A DNA stretch of 32,000 nucleotides. Origin: Pseudoalteromonas translucida KMM 520 (GTDB lineage: Bacteria; Pseudomonadota; Gammaproteobacteria; Enterobacterales; Alteromonadaceae). The stretch spans positions 1,560,001 to 1,592,000 of the forward strand of contig NZ_CP011034.1 in NCBI RefSeq assembly GCF_001465295.1, in the 5' to 3' direction. The position numbers and the translations under genes were made by a program. The number at the start of each line of letters is the position of its first letter. Position 1 is the first letter of the stretch. Below are positions 8,884-18,764 of the stretch, in pieces. The notes beneath the pieces were generated by a model, which was given only the letters and a program-made list of their open reading frames with translations, had not been told where the DNA came from and ran no database searches.

Positions 8884-10170
8884 TTATAACTGTGTAGTTA
8901 GCTGTGTGCTTAACTGCGAAAGTGTGGGGCGCTGTATAATATCAGTTGTCATGCATTGCTTAGCTAGTTGCGCAAGCTTCACGGCTATTGCATTATTGTC
9001 GCTGCAAACACTCAGTAAATCATCAATTAAACAACCTAGCGCGCGTACTTCAATTAATTGCATTTGCTGGCGCTGATATTCACTCAACATAGCTAAATTA
9101 GTTGCTGCACCAAAATCGCCAAATAACACATTTGCGTCTTGGTTTACCATAGTGTTATGCGCATACACATCGCCATGGCTTACTTTATTTGCATGCAAAT
9201 GCTGTAGGGTACTGGCCATTTGTTGCACAATTTTATAAATAGCTTGGCTACTATAATTACAGCCATCTGCGAAGGTGTCGCGAGTGCACGTTTGTAAACT
9301 TGGCGGTAATCCTAAATTGCTAAAGCTATTATCTATTAGCTCCATTACTAAACCAAGTTGCTTGTCTTGCTCTATATAGGCAAGTACCTTAATTAAATTG
9401 GCATGTTCATTTGCCTGTAAGCAGCAATTAACTTCATCAAGCGGATAACCATCGCTGGTTATTGCGCCTTTAAACAACTTAATAGCTACCGCTTTATCTG
9501 CTGCTTTTGCAAGGTGAATAACGCCAGAGGCGCCTTGGCCAATAACCTGCTGTAATGTGTAATCACTAAGTGGCTTATTCTCTAAACTACTTTTGGTTAG
9601 GCACTGCGCTTTATTAAAGGTGTTACCAGCAAAGGCGAGCCAAGTAAGTTTTGGTAATTCAAATAACCAGTTATCTAGGTGCGTTAAGTTATTGGCAGAT
9701 AAGCGCACTAATTCTAAGTTTGTACACTGCTGCATACTGCTTGGCAAAGTGTGTAACCGGTTACCCGCTAAAGCAAGTTTGCGCAGCTGTTTAAGCTCGC
9801 CGAATGACTCGGGTAATTGCTCAATACGGTTGTCGGTTAATATTAACCACTGTGTTGTAAGCGGCAGGCTATGCTGGGCAAACTCACTAATTTGATTGCC
9901 TTTAAAAGCGATCATAATAAGTGCTGGGCATTGCGCTAAAACAGCAGGTATATGCTTAAACTGATTAAACGATAAAAACACCCGTTTAAGGCGGGTTAAA
10001 CTGGCAAACTCTGCGGGTAAATCACTCAGGTTATTATTAGATAAGTCGAGTACTTCTAGGGTGTCGGCAAGGGTAAAAATTTCTTTTGGGAAATCAGTGA
10101 GGTCTTCCACCAATTGTAAGCGGCGAGCGCCACTTAAAGCACCGCTGCGTAGTTGTTCAAGGGTATTCAA
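8884..10170 (-). CDS. leucine-rich-repeat protein fused to a eukaryotic-like protein kinase domain
   Basis: The N-terminal half has about 7 tandem ~23-aa LRRs (LDLSNNNLSDLP..., LTDNRIEQLP..., LAGNRLHTLP..., LSANNLTHL...). The C-terminal half has a G-loop IGQGASGV, VAIK lysine, catalytic loop HGDVYAHN and DFG (FGDFGAAT). No signal peptide or TM segment. Confidence 0.8.
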   Translation of the reverse strand: MNTLEQLRSGALSGARRLQLVEDLTDFPKEIFTLADTLEVLDLSNNNLSDLPAEFASLTRLKRVFLSFNQFKHIPAVLAQCPALIMIAFKGNQISEFAQHSLPLTTQWLILTDNRIEQLPESFGELKQLRKLALAGNRLHTLPSSMQQCTNLELVRLSANNLTHLDNWLFELPKLTWLAFAGNTFNKAQCLTKSSLENKPLSDYTLQQVIGQGASGVIHLAKAADKAVAIKLFKGAITSDGYPLDEVNCCLQANEHANLIKVLAYIEQDKQLGLVMELIDNSFSNLGLPPSLQTCTRDTFADGCNYSSQAIYKIVQQMASTLQHLHANKVSHGDVYAHNTMVNQDANVLFGDFGAATNLAMLSEYQRQQMQLIEVRALGCLIDDLLSVCSDNNAIAVKLAQLAKQCMTTDIIQRPTLSQLSTQLTTQL

Positions 10171-10188
10171 AATTAACTAATCCATTTT

Positions 10189-10222
10189 ACAAAAACAAAA
10201 AGGCCAAACTAAGTTGGCCTTT
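10189..10222 (-). terminator. Rho-independent terminator of the YebC-family gene
   Basis: On the - strand: AAAGGCCAA-CTTAGT-TTGGCCTTT followed by TTGTTTTT. Confidence 0.7.
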
Positions 10223-10244
10223 GATCACGTTTTATTTTTAACGC

Positions 10245-10958
10245 TTAAAACTCTGCGTTGTGGTAAACGTTTTGTACGTCGTCGCAATCTTCTAGCATAG
10301 CTAAAAAGCGCTCCATAACCTCAACATCTTCGCCTTCAATAGGCGCTGCTATTTGTGGTACAAACGAAATTAAATCTTCGTCAAATTCAGTAACGCCCAT
10401 TTCTTCAAGTGCTGTGCGAGTATTGTTGTACTCAGTATGTGGTGCAAATACAGTTACCTTGCCGTTTTCAACTTCTACGTCGGTTACATCAACATCAGCC
10501 ATCATTAGTGCTTCAAGTACTGTTTCGTCGTCATCACCGTCAAATACAAAAATTGCAAGGTGATCAAATAAATGCGAAACCGAGTTCTGTGCACCAATTT
10601 TAGCGTTAGCTTTAGTAAAGCAAACACGTACATCAGCAAAGGTACGTTTATTGTTGTCGGTTAAACAGTCAACAATAATCATACAGTTACCCGGGCCGTA
10701 ACCTTCGTAACGTGTGGCTACGTAGTCTTCACCGCCGCCGCCTTTTGCTTTGTCTATTGCGCGGTCAATAACGTGCGCCGGAACTTGGTCTTTTTTAGCG
10801 CGCTCAATTAAACGACGTAGCGATAAGTTACCGTCTGGATCGGTACCGCCATTTTTAGCACAAATATAAATTTCTTTACCGTACTTAGAATAAACTTTAG
10901 TTTTAGCACCCGCAGTTTTAGCCATTGAATCTTTTTTGTTTTGGTAAGCTCTTCCCAT
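10245..10958 (-). CDS. YebC/PmpR-family protein (YeeN-like)
   Basis: [31 protein letters not shown]..., [23 protein letters not shown] moved the start to the internal ATG at 10958 (the family N-terminus begins MGR...) rather than 11006. Confidence 0.88.
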   Translation of the reverse strand: MGRAYQNKKDSMAKTAGAKTKVYSKYGKEIYICAKNGGTDPDGNLSLRRLIERAKKDQVPAHVIDRAIDKAKGGGGEDYVATRYEGYGPGNCMIIVDCLTDNNKRTFADVRVCFTKANAKIGAQNSVSHLFDHLAIFVFDGDDDETVLEALMMADVDVTDVEVENGKVTVFAPHTEYNNTRTALEEMGVTEFDEDLISFVPQIAAPIEGEDVEVMERFLAMLEDCDDVQNVYHNAEF

Positions 10959-11094
10959 CTGCGTTTCGCCTTTAAATATAAGTATTAAAATAATTTTCAG
11001 GGGCATAGTTTAAAGGTAAAAGTGGGGTAGGGCTAGTAACTATTAAATAGGATGAGTTGAGTTTTATACTAAGGGCTATAAAAATAACTGAGCA

Positions 11095-11126
11095 GAAAAA
11101 ATATAACCCGCAATGGCGGGTTATAT
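11095..11126 (-). terminator. Rho-independent terminator of the M13 peptidase gene
   Basis: 11-bp stem ATATAACCCGC / GCGGGTTATAT with a 4-nt loop. On the - strand it is followed by TTTTTTC. Confidence 0.75.
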
Positions 11127-11148
11127 TTAATTGCAATTTAGCGCTCTA

Positions 11149-13227
11149 TTACCAAATGCGTACGCGTTGCTCTTCAGGAAGATACAGCTCATCCCCTGGT
11201 TTTACATCAAATGCTTTGTACCATGCGTCGTGGTTACGCGGGGCTTGTGCTCTAAAGCGACCCGGCGCATGCGTGCCACCGCGCAGCTGATTTAACATGC
11301 TTTGCTCGGTGCGTTTTTCTTTCCATACTTGTGCCCAAGCAAGAAAGAAACGCTGATCGCCAGTAACACCGTCAATAACCGGTGCTTCTTTACCGTTTAG
11401 GCTCAGTTTGTAGGCATGATAAGCCATGGCTAAACCACCCACATCACCAATGTTTTCACCTAGGCTATTACGCCCGTTAACAAAGTTACCTTCGATTGGC
11501 TCATACTTATTGTACTGCGCTGCTAACTGGTCGGCTTTTGCGTCAAAAGCGGCGCGATCAGCATCAGTCCACCAGTTACGTTGGATCCCGTTTTCATCTG
11601 ACTTAGAACCTTGGTCGTCAAAACCATGGCCCATTTCGTGGCCAATTACTGCGCCAATGCCGCCGTAGTTTACTGCTGCGTCGGCATTTGGATCGAAAAA
11701 TGGTGGTTGTAAAATTGCCGCCGGAAATACAATTTCGTTAAATGAACTGTTGTAGTAAGCGTTAACGCGTTGTGGTGTCATACCCCAACGGTTACGATCT
11801 GTTTTTTGCAGCTCTTTTGCAACGCTTTCGGCTTGAAAAAACTCACGCATATTTTTTACGTTGCCGATTAAGTCGTTGTTGCTAATGGTTAAACCCTCGT
11901 ACGACTGCCATACATCGGGGTAACCAATTTTTGGTACAAATGCAGCCAGTTTAGCGCGCGCATTTACTTTGGTTTCTGCGCCCATCCACTCTAGGTTATC
12001 AATACGTTCACCCAATGCGGTACGCAAGTTTTCGACCAGTTCAGACATTTGTTGTTTTGACGACTCAGGAAAATAACGTGCTACGTATATTTTACCAATA
12101 GCAAAACCAAGTGAATTGGTGCTCGACATTTCATCTATAGCGCGTTTCCAACGTGGACGCGGCTCTTGCTGACCATTTAACTCTTTACCAAAAAATGCAA
12201 AATTGGTATTAAAAATATCTTCAGATAGTAAGTTAGCGTTACCACTTATTGCGTGGTAGGTTAAATAATCTTTCCATACCGCTAAGTCTTCTTGATTGAT
12301 TAATTCAATCATGGCTTTTATTGGCTCGGGCTGCGATACATTTAACTGCGGTACTTTGTAGCCTGTTTGAGCAAAATATGCATCCCAATTAAAGTCTGGG
12401 TAGGCAGTGCTTAGCTCGTCGCGTTTAATTTGATTTAATGTAAGGTCGCGGTTACGGCGCTTTTCGCGTGGCCAATGGCCTTGTGCAATTTTGGTTTCTA
12501 GATCTAAAATTGCCTGTGCGCGCTCATTGGCGTTATCTGCATTGGTAAATTTAAGCATGTCGGCAATATGTGCCACATAGGCGCTACGCGTATTAACAAA
12601 ACGCTCAGAGTCTTCAAGGTAGTATGAACGATCTGGTAAGCCTAAACCGCCAGCACCTAACGACATTTCGTATTTATTAGGATCTAAGCGGTTAAACCAC
12701 ATGCCACCACCAAGCGGGGCTTTAACACCGGTTAACCAAGACTGACCAAACATTTTGGCTAAATCGTCGGTTGATGATATTTCACTTATTTGTGTTAAAA
12801 GCGGCTTAATTGGTGTTACGCCTAGCTTATTAAGTGCTGCGGTGTTCATGTAGGCGTTGTAAAAGTCGGCTACTAGTTTTTCATCAGCATCTAAATCTTT
12901 ACGCGCGGCAATTTCTTCAATAATTACTTTAACGCGGTCTTCGCTGCGCTCGGCCAATGCCGAAAATGCGCCATAGCGGGTTTTATCAGCAGGCATGCTG
13001 TAATTGTCATACCAAGTGCCACTGGCGTACATAAAAAAATCGTCGCCTGGTTTAACCGCTTCGTTACGTGCAGCTAAATCAACACCAAAACTACCCAGCT
13101 CTGCTTTTGTTGTTGCGGCTATTGGTGCAGTAGGTGCTGGTTGTACTTGTGTTTTTGTTGTTTGTGGCTCTGAGCAGCCGGTAATAAATGTGGCTGCTAA
13201 TGCAGCTGCAATTAAACTCTTTTTCAT
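11149..13227 (-). CDS. M13-family zinc metallopeptidase (PepO/neprilysin-like), probable lipoprotein
   Basis: HEMGHGFD zinc motif and downstream GENIGDVGG (the third-ligand Glu motif of neprilysins). N-terminal MKKSLIAAALAATFITGC lipobox. I prefer the start at 13227 (AGGGGAA RBS) over 13248. Confidence 0.9.
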   Translation of the reverse strand: MKKSLIAAALAATFITGCSEPQTTKTQVQPAPTAPIAATTKAELGSFGVDLAARNEAVKPGDDFFMYASGTWYDNYSMPADKTRYGAFSALAERSEDRVKVIIEEIAARKDLDADEKLVADFYNAYMNTAALNKLGVTPIKPLLTQISEISSTDDLAKMFGQSWLTGVKAPLGGGMWFNRLDPNKYEMSLGAGGLGLPDRSYYLEDSERFVNTRSAYVAHIADMLKFTNADNANERAQAILDLETKIAQGHWPREKRRNRDLTLNQIKRDELSTAYPDFNWDAYFAQTGYKVPQLNVSQPEPIKAMIELINQEDLAVWKDYLTYHAISGNANLLSEDIFNTNFAFFGKELNGQQEPRPRWKRAIDEMSSTNSLGFAIGKIYVARYFPESSKQQMSELVENLRTALGERIDNLEWMGAETKVNARAKLAAFVPKIGYPDVWQSYEGLTISNNDLIGNVKNMREFFQAESVAKELQKTDRNRWGMTPQRVNAYYNSSFNEIVFPAAILQPPFFDPNADAAVNYGGIGAVIGHEMGHGFDDQGSKSDENGIQRNWWTDADRAAFDAKADQLAAQYNKYEPIEGNFVNGRNSLGENIGDVGGLAMAYHAYKLSLNGKEAPVIDGVTGDQRFFLAWAQVWKEKRTEQSMLNQLRGGTHAPGRFRAQAPRNHDAWYKAFDVKPGDELYLPEEQRVRIW

Positions 13228-13415
13228 TATGTTCCCCTGAGCTTTCACTCTGTTTAATTAATATTTTTGTTATTGTAAATATTATCTTAACCTAGGTTCA
13301 GGTTATTTTAGTAATTGTTGTTTATAAGAGGCTGCTAAACAAACCTTTTGAGGTGAATCACCCTAGAGGTCGATAAAATAGCAAATAAAGCCTTTATACG
13401 AGCAATTTTAATGGT

Positions 13416-15206
13416 TTATGTGTTTTTTGCTTGTTCTTGCTGCAATTGCCACATTTGTGCATATTGGCCGTTAAGGGCTAGCAACTCAGAATGTGTGCCT
13501 TGCTCAAGTAGCTCACCTTTATGCAATACTAAAATATTATCGGCATCAATTATGGTTGATAAGCGATGGGCAATCACTATGCTGGTATGGTTTTGTGTGA
13601 CAGCGCGCATAGCCGTTAAAATAGCTTGCTCGGCATGCGAGTCAAGGGCTGAGGTGGCTTCGTCAAAAATTAAAATAGGCGATTTTTTTAAGATTGCGCG
13701 GGCAATGGCTATGCGTTGTTTTTCGCCGCCCGACACTTTTAAACCACGCTCGCCTACTAAGGTTTTATCGCCTTTATCAAGGCTGTTTATAAACGCTGTT
13801 AAATGCGCCATAGCAATGGCTTGATCTATTTCGGCCTCGCTGGCTGTTGGCCTGCCATAAGCAATGTTTTCGCGTATTGAGGTATTAAATAGCACGGTAT
13901 CTTGCGGCACTATGGCTATAGCTTGGCGTAAACTGTGCAAAGTTACGGTGTTTATAGGTTGCTTATCTATAGTGATATTACCTGACGACACCTCATAAAA
14001 ACGATACAAGAGCCTAGCTAATGAGCTTTTCCCTGCGCCACTTGCTCCGACTATTGCTACTTTAGTACCGGGTTTTACGCTAAAGCTAACATTGTTAAGA
14101 ATAGGGCGGTTAGCATCGTAACTAAAGCTTACATTGTTAAAGCTCACTTCACCTTTAGTGAGGGTAAGTAGCTGTGATGCAGGGGTGTCGGTAATTTGTG
14201 GTTTTTTGTTGAGCAGCCCAAGCATGTTTTCAAGGTCGGTAAGGGCGCGTCTTATTTCGCGATATACAAAGCCTAAAAAGTTAAGCGGTAAAAACAGTTG
14301 GATCATATACGCGTTTATCATTACGAGTTCACCAATGCTAAGTGTACCGGTTACTACTTCGCTTGAGCCTAGCCACATAAGTGCGGTAATGGCGCTGGCT
14401 ATAATTAACGCCTGCCCGGAGTTTAGTGCCAATAACGACATGCGGTTTTTTAATCGGGCTTTTTCCCAGCGCGCTAAAAAGGTGTCGTAGGTGCTGGCTT
14501 CAAACTCTTCATTGTTAAAGTATTTTACTGTTTCGTAGTTTAATAAGCTGTCGATAGCGCGGGTATTACTTAAGTTGTCGGCGGTGTTAGCTTCGCGAAT
14601 AAAGCGATTTCGCCACTGAGTTACGGTTACTGTAAAGGTAATATATATGGCAACGGCAAGTAGGGTTATAAGCGCAAACCAGATAGAAAACAAAGTGCCA
14701 AAAATTAATGCCACGGTAAGAATTTCAAATAGAGTAGGGACAATGTTAAACATTAAAAATCGCATTAAAAAGCTCAAACCGCTGGTGCCACGCTCTATGT
14801 CGCGGCTTATGCCACCGGTTTGCCTATCTAAATGAAAAGCCAGTTCAAGCGAATGCAAATGCTTAAACACTTTTAGGCCTATATCGCGCATGGCATGCTC
14901 GGTAACTCGCGAAAAAACCGCATCGCGTATTTCACCTAAAAATACACTGGCAAAGCGCAGCGCACCGTACATAATAAGCAGTAGGGTAGGTATAAAAAGC
15001 ACAGGGTGAATAGACTTATCAACGCTATCAATAATTTCTTTTAGTGCCCACGGCATAAGTAAAGTAGCGCCTTTAGCGCCTACCAACGCCATAGCTGCAA
15101 TAAAAACTCGCCCTTTAAATTGTGTTATATACGGCCAAAGTGTTTTTATACTTTGGCGCAGGTTCATTGCGTCGGGGCGTTTTACTGAGCTTTGTTTAGA
15201 GCGCAT
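13416..15206 (-). CDS. ABC exporter, fused permease/ATPase (Atm1/HMT1-like)
   Basis: N-terminal 6-TM exporter domain. Walker A GASGAGKSS, signature VSGGEKQRIAIARA, Walker B ILIFDEATSALD, H-loop IVIAHRLST. Confidence 0.9.
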   Translation of the reverse strand: MRSKQSSVKRPDAMNLRQSIKTLWPYITQFKGRVFIAAMALVGAKGATLLMPWALKEIIDSVDKSIHPVLFIPTLLLIMYGALRFASVFLGEIRDAVFSRVTEHAMRDIGLKVFKHLHSLELAFHLDRQTGGISRDIERGTSGLSFLMRFLMFNIVPTLFEILTVALIFGTLFSIWFALITLLAVAIYITFTVTVTQWRNRFIREANTADNLSNTRAIDSLLNYETVKYFNNEEFEASTYDTFLARWEKARLKNRMSLLALNSGQALIIASAITALMWLGSSEVVTGTLSIGELVMINAYMIQLFLPLNFLGFVYREIRRALTDLENMLGLLNKKPQITDTPASQLLTLTKGEVSFNNVSFSYDANRPILNNVSFSVKPGTKVAIVGASGAGKSSLARLLYRFYEVSSGNITIDKQPINTVTLHSLRQAIAIVPQDTVLFNTSIRENIAYGRPTASEAEIDQAIAMAHLTAFINSLDKGDKTLVGERGLKVSGGEKQRIAIARAILKKSPILIFDEATSALDSHAEQAILTAMRAVTQNHTSIVIAHRLSTIIDADNILVLHKGELLEQGTHSELLALNGQYAQMWQLQQEQAKNT

Positions 15207-15343
15207 GAGTGATCTCGGTTTTTATAGTGGGTATAAATTGCTGTGAATTTAATTTTGCGTAAAACTAAATACTTAATTTGACTATTGTATTTTAAATAGC
15301 TGCCCTTATATACTAGTAACCCTTAATTAAAGTTTGAAAATTA

Positions 15344-15850
15344 ATGTTTAAATTTCGTTTGTTTTTAACTGCATTTTTGCTTATTACTGCACTTTTTAGT
15401 GCATGTAGCGAAGCCGCGCCAGTTAAACAAGATTTAAACACTGCAAATTCCACTTTAATATCTACTGCTTTTTCAGCAGAAAATTTCTTATTAGATGCTA
15501 CTTCATTAGGTAATGTTTCATTAGACATAAGTCATCCCTCCATATTAGTTAAAGTATTGCATGCTAAACAACAAACTAAGCCTGATAAAACAGCGTTTGC
15601 GGCACTGCAATCTAGGCTAACTGCCAGTAATTCATCGTTGTTTTTATTTAGTGCGCAAACCGAGCCTGAATACGATGTTATTTATGAGTTTTTTATTCAT
15701 ACGCTTGCAAGGCAGTTTTATTTACAACCTAAAGCTATAAACACAGCACTACCTTGGTACACGGTTGTTTCTAATAGTAAAAAGTCTCGTATTAGTGGCT
15801 GGAAAGAAGCTAATTTACTTTACAGGGCTACCAACACTCACCACGCTTAA
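15344..15850 (+). CDS. vemP: VemP-like secretion-monitoring translation-arrest peptide (168 aa) upstream of secDF
   Basis: N-terminal signal peptide MFKFRLFLTAFLLITALFSAC. The C-terminus SRISGWKEANLLYRATNTHHA resembles the Vibrio VemP arrest motif as I recall it (HRISGWKETNAMYVALNSQFSA). It sits immediately 5' of secD-secF, as vemP does. Confidence 0.6.
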   Translation: MFKFRLFLTAFLLITALFSACSEAAPVKQDLNTANSTLISTAFSAENFLLDATSLGNVSLDISHPSILVKVLHAKQQTKPDKTAFAALQSRLTASNSSLFLFSAQTEPEYDVIYEFFIHTLARQFYLQPKAINTALPWYTVVSNSKKSRISGWKEANLLYRATNTHHA

Positions 15851-15851
15851 T

Positions 15852-15954
15852 TTCCTTATTTAATAATTAATAGGTTTTAACTTTTAAAGTTTTAACTTGC
15901 AGATTAATTGTGCTTTTTAAAAGCGCTTATCAGCTAGTTGCTGATAGTAAGGAA
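15852..15954 (+). promoter_or_regulatory. candidate anti-SD/SD pairing controlling secD translation
   Basis: UUCCUUA (15852..15858, 2 nt after the upstream stop) is the exact complement of UAAGGAA (15948..15954), which contains the secD Shine-Dalgarno. The pairing extends to 9 bp with one G-U. A local hairpin lies at 15927..15947. Confidence 0.4.
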
Positions 15955-15959
15955 TAACA

Positions 15960-17798
15960 ATGTTGAGTTTTAAAAAAAATAAAAAGCCGTTTATGGCTAA
16001 GTTTAAATTAAGCACCTTTGCTATGTTGGTGGTATTACTGCTATTGGCAATAAGTGCGTTACCTAATTTATATCCAAACCAGTCATGGTTGTATGTTAGC
16101 GCAGCCCCACACAGCGAAATACAAACACCCCCGAGCACCAATACCCTAGTTACATTTTTAAATGAGCAAGGCTTAAATGTGGCGCAAGCGTATGAGTCGC
16201 AAGCAACAATAAATGTGCTGCTTAACGAGCCCACAAAAAGTGCCCAGGCACAAGCGGCTATAAAAGCGCAATATGCAAATACTCAGACCAAAATTGTGGA
16301 GCGAGCTACCAGCCCAAACTGGTTACAAAGCTTTGGACTTTCGCCAATAAAATTAGGCCTAGATTTAAACGGTGGGGTGCTATTTGTACTCGATGTAGAT
16401 TTAGATAAAGCCATTGATGAGCAATTAGTGAGTGCGTATCAGCAAGCTAAATCAATCATAATTAAGCAAAAGGTACATGGGGTAAAAGCGCTGCAAACTC
16501 AAACCGGATTTGTAATAAATGCTCTACCTAATGCAGCTGATAAATTACCCTCTGTTATTAAAGAACTACAAAGCCGCTTTGCTAACTTAGCCGTAGTAAC
16601 AAACAATAATGGCACAGTTAAAACGGCGCAATTTAGTTACTCAGAGCAAGGGCGTAGCGCGTTTGATAAAGAAGTAATGAGCCAAACCCTCACAACGCTA
16701 CGTTCGCGAATTGAAGAGCTGGGCATAACCGAAGCGGTAACGCAGCGCCAAGGTAAGCAGCGCATTCGTATAGAATTACCCGGAGTGCAAGATCCTACCG
16801 AGGCGAAACGCATTATTGGCGCAACGGCATCACTGGGGTTTTACCAATTAAAAGCTGTGGGTGGGCAAACCTTTAATTTACAGTCGGGGGGTACTATAAA
16901 ACTTGACCCAGTGCCAATTTTTACTGGTGAGCATATTAATAACGCTCATGCTGGGCGAGACGATTGGAGCAAACCACTAGTGCAGTTAAGCCTTGATAGC
17001 CAAGGCGGCGATGCTATGTCGGCATTTTCTAAAGCTAATATAGGTAAACCTATGGCAACGGTTTATTCAGAGTATTCTCAAAATGCAAAAGGAGAGGTAG
17101 TAAAAAAGAGCGAAGTTATTAATGTAGCCAATATTGCTCAACACTTAAGTTCGCGTTTTAGCATAACCAATATGCAAAGCCCACAAGCCGCGGCCGACTT
17201 AGCGCTACTGCTACGTGCAGGCTCGTTAAGTGCGCCGGTTACTATAGTGCACGAACAAACCATAGGGCCAAGCTTAGGCAGCGAGAATATAAATAACGGC
17301 TTAGCCGCCCTAATGTTAGGTATGGGTATTACTTTGGCATTTATGGCTATGTGGTACAGACGGTTAGGCTTAATTGCAAACGTAGCACTTATTTTAAATT
17401 TAACCTCGTTAGTGGGCTTAATGTCGTTATTGCCAGGGGTAGTGCTTACGCTTCCCGGTATTGCCGGATTGGTGCTAACCATAGGTATGGCAGTAGATAC
17501 CAACGTAATAATATTTGAACGTATAAAAGAAGAGCGCCGTAAAGGCCGCGCGCCTTATCAAGCTATTGAGCAAGGATATAAGCAAGCATTTGGCACTATT
17601 TTTGATGCCAATATTACCACTATGATCACTGCACTTATTTTATACGGTATAGGTTATGGGCCCGTGAAAGGCTTTGCAATTACTTTGGCGCTGGGTTTAG
17701 TAACCAGTATGTTTACTGGCGTGTATGTATCGAAAGTGTTGAGCCAGAGTTTGTATTTAAAATTGGATAAAAAAAGCGGAGTAAGTACAGATGCTTAA
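15960..17798 (+). CDS. secD: protein translocase subunit SecD (probable second paralogue, no yajC upstream)
   Basis: N-terminal TM followed by LPNLYP, a large periplasmic domain, and a C-terminal 5-TM block with GPSLG and GIAGLVLTIGMAVDTNVIIFERIKEE. Confidence 0.9.
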   Translation: MLSFKKNKKPFMAKFKLSTFAMLVVLLLLAISALPNLYPNQSWLYVSAAPHSEIQTPPSTNTLVTFLNEQGLNVAQAYESQATINVLLNEPTKSAQAQAAIKAQYANTQTKIVERATSPNWLQSFGLSPIKLGLDLNGGVLFVLDVDLDKAIDEQLVSAYQQAKSIIIKQKVHGVKALQTQTGFVINALPNAADKLPSVIKELQSRFANLAVVTNNNGTVKTAQFSYSEQGRSAFDKEVMSQTLTTLRSRIEELGITEAVTQRQGKQRIRIELPGVQDPTEAKRIIGATASLGFYQLKAVGGQTFNLQSGGTIKLDPVPIFTGEHINNAHAGRDDWSKPLVQLSLDSQGGDAMSAFSKANIGKPMATVYSEYSQNAKGEVVKKSEVINVANIAQHLSSRFSITNMQSPQAAADLALLLRAGSLSAPVTIVHEQTIGPSLGSENINNGLAALMLGMGITLAFMAMWYRRLGLIANVALILNLTSLVGLMSLLPGVVLTLPGIAGLVLTIGMAVDTNVIIFERIKEERRKGRAPYQAIEQGYKQAFGTIFDANITTMITALILYGIGYGPVKGFAITLALGLVTSMFTGVYVSKVLSQSLYLKLDKKSGVSTDA

Positions 17799-18732
17799 TT
17801 ATTTTTTAAAAGGCGAAACCGGCACACGCATGCGTTTTATGGGCTTGGTTTTAAGTACAGTATTAGTATTGCTATCGGTAGTAACATTGGCGCAAAAAGG
17901 GCTTAATTTTGGCCTAGATTTTACCGGTGGTTACTTAACAGAATTTACGACTAGCCAAAGTATTGAGCTAGAGCAGCTTAAAACTTTTATAGCTAAAAAC
18001 CACAACGGTGAGTTTGAACTAACAGCACAAGGGAATAACCATTTTCAATTAAGAGAAGCGCCGGCTATTAACCAATCTGCGAATAATAACAGCAACGATT
18101 GGCAAAGTGCGGTAACACAAAGCACCGATATAAACGCCACGGTATTATCATCGGCTTACATTGGCTCGCAGGTGGGTGATGAGCTATTTGAGCAAGGCTG
18201 TTTGGCATTATTAGCTGCTATGGTTGCAGTAATGCTGTATTTAGCGATAAGGTTTGAATGGCGTTTAGCAGTAGGCTCTGTGGTTGCCTTAACACACGAC
18301 CTAATATTGGTGCTGGGTTTGTTTTCGCTATTACAGCTTGAGTTTAACTTAACCGTTTTAGCCAGTTTACTAGCAATTATAGGCTACTCACTTAATGACT
18401 CCATAATTGTTGGCGACAGAGTACGTGAGTTATTAAGAGTTAAATTAAATGCCAGTATTAGCGTATCTAGCATTATAAATAGTGCGATTAAAAGCACCCT
18501 AACGCGTACCATAATTACCTCAGGCACTACCTTAGCCACAGTAGCAAGTGTGTGGCTATTAGCTGGTTCACCGCTACAAGGCTTTGCTATTGCGTTATTT
18601 AGTGGCATTGTTGTGGGTACATTTTCATCTATTTGCATTGCAGCCACCTTGCCCGAGCTAATGGGATTAAGTGCTAAAAACTACGAAGTGAAAATAGATA
18701 GCCAAAGCCAAGCGCTCATGGATATGCCATAA
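17791..18732 (+). CDS. secF: protein translocase subunit SecF
   Basis: GLDFTGG and SLNDSIIVGDRVRE motifs and a 6-TM layout. An 8-nt overlap with secD indicates coupling. Confidence 0.9.
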   Translation: MLNYFLKGETGTRMRFMGLVLSTVLVLLSVVTLAQKGLNFGLDFTGGYLTEFTTSQSIELEQLKTFIAKNHNGEFELTAQGNNHFQLREAPAINQSANNNSNDWQSAVTQSTDINATVLSSAYIGSQVGDELFEQGCLALLAAMVAVMLYLAIRFEWRLAVGSVVALTHDLILVLGLFSLLQLEFNLTVLASLLAIIGYSLNDSIIVGDRVRELLRVKLNASISVSSIINSAIKSTLTRTIITSGTTLATVASVWLLAGSPLQGFAIALFSGIVVGTFSSICIAATLPELMGLSAKNYEVKIDSQSQALMDMP

Positions 18733-18764
18733 AGGCTCAAAGCATACAAATAAACAAAGCTTAG

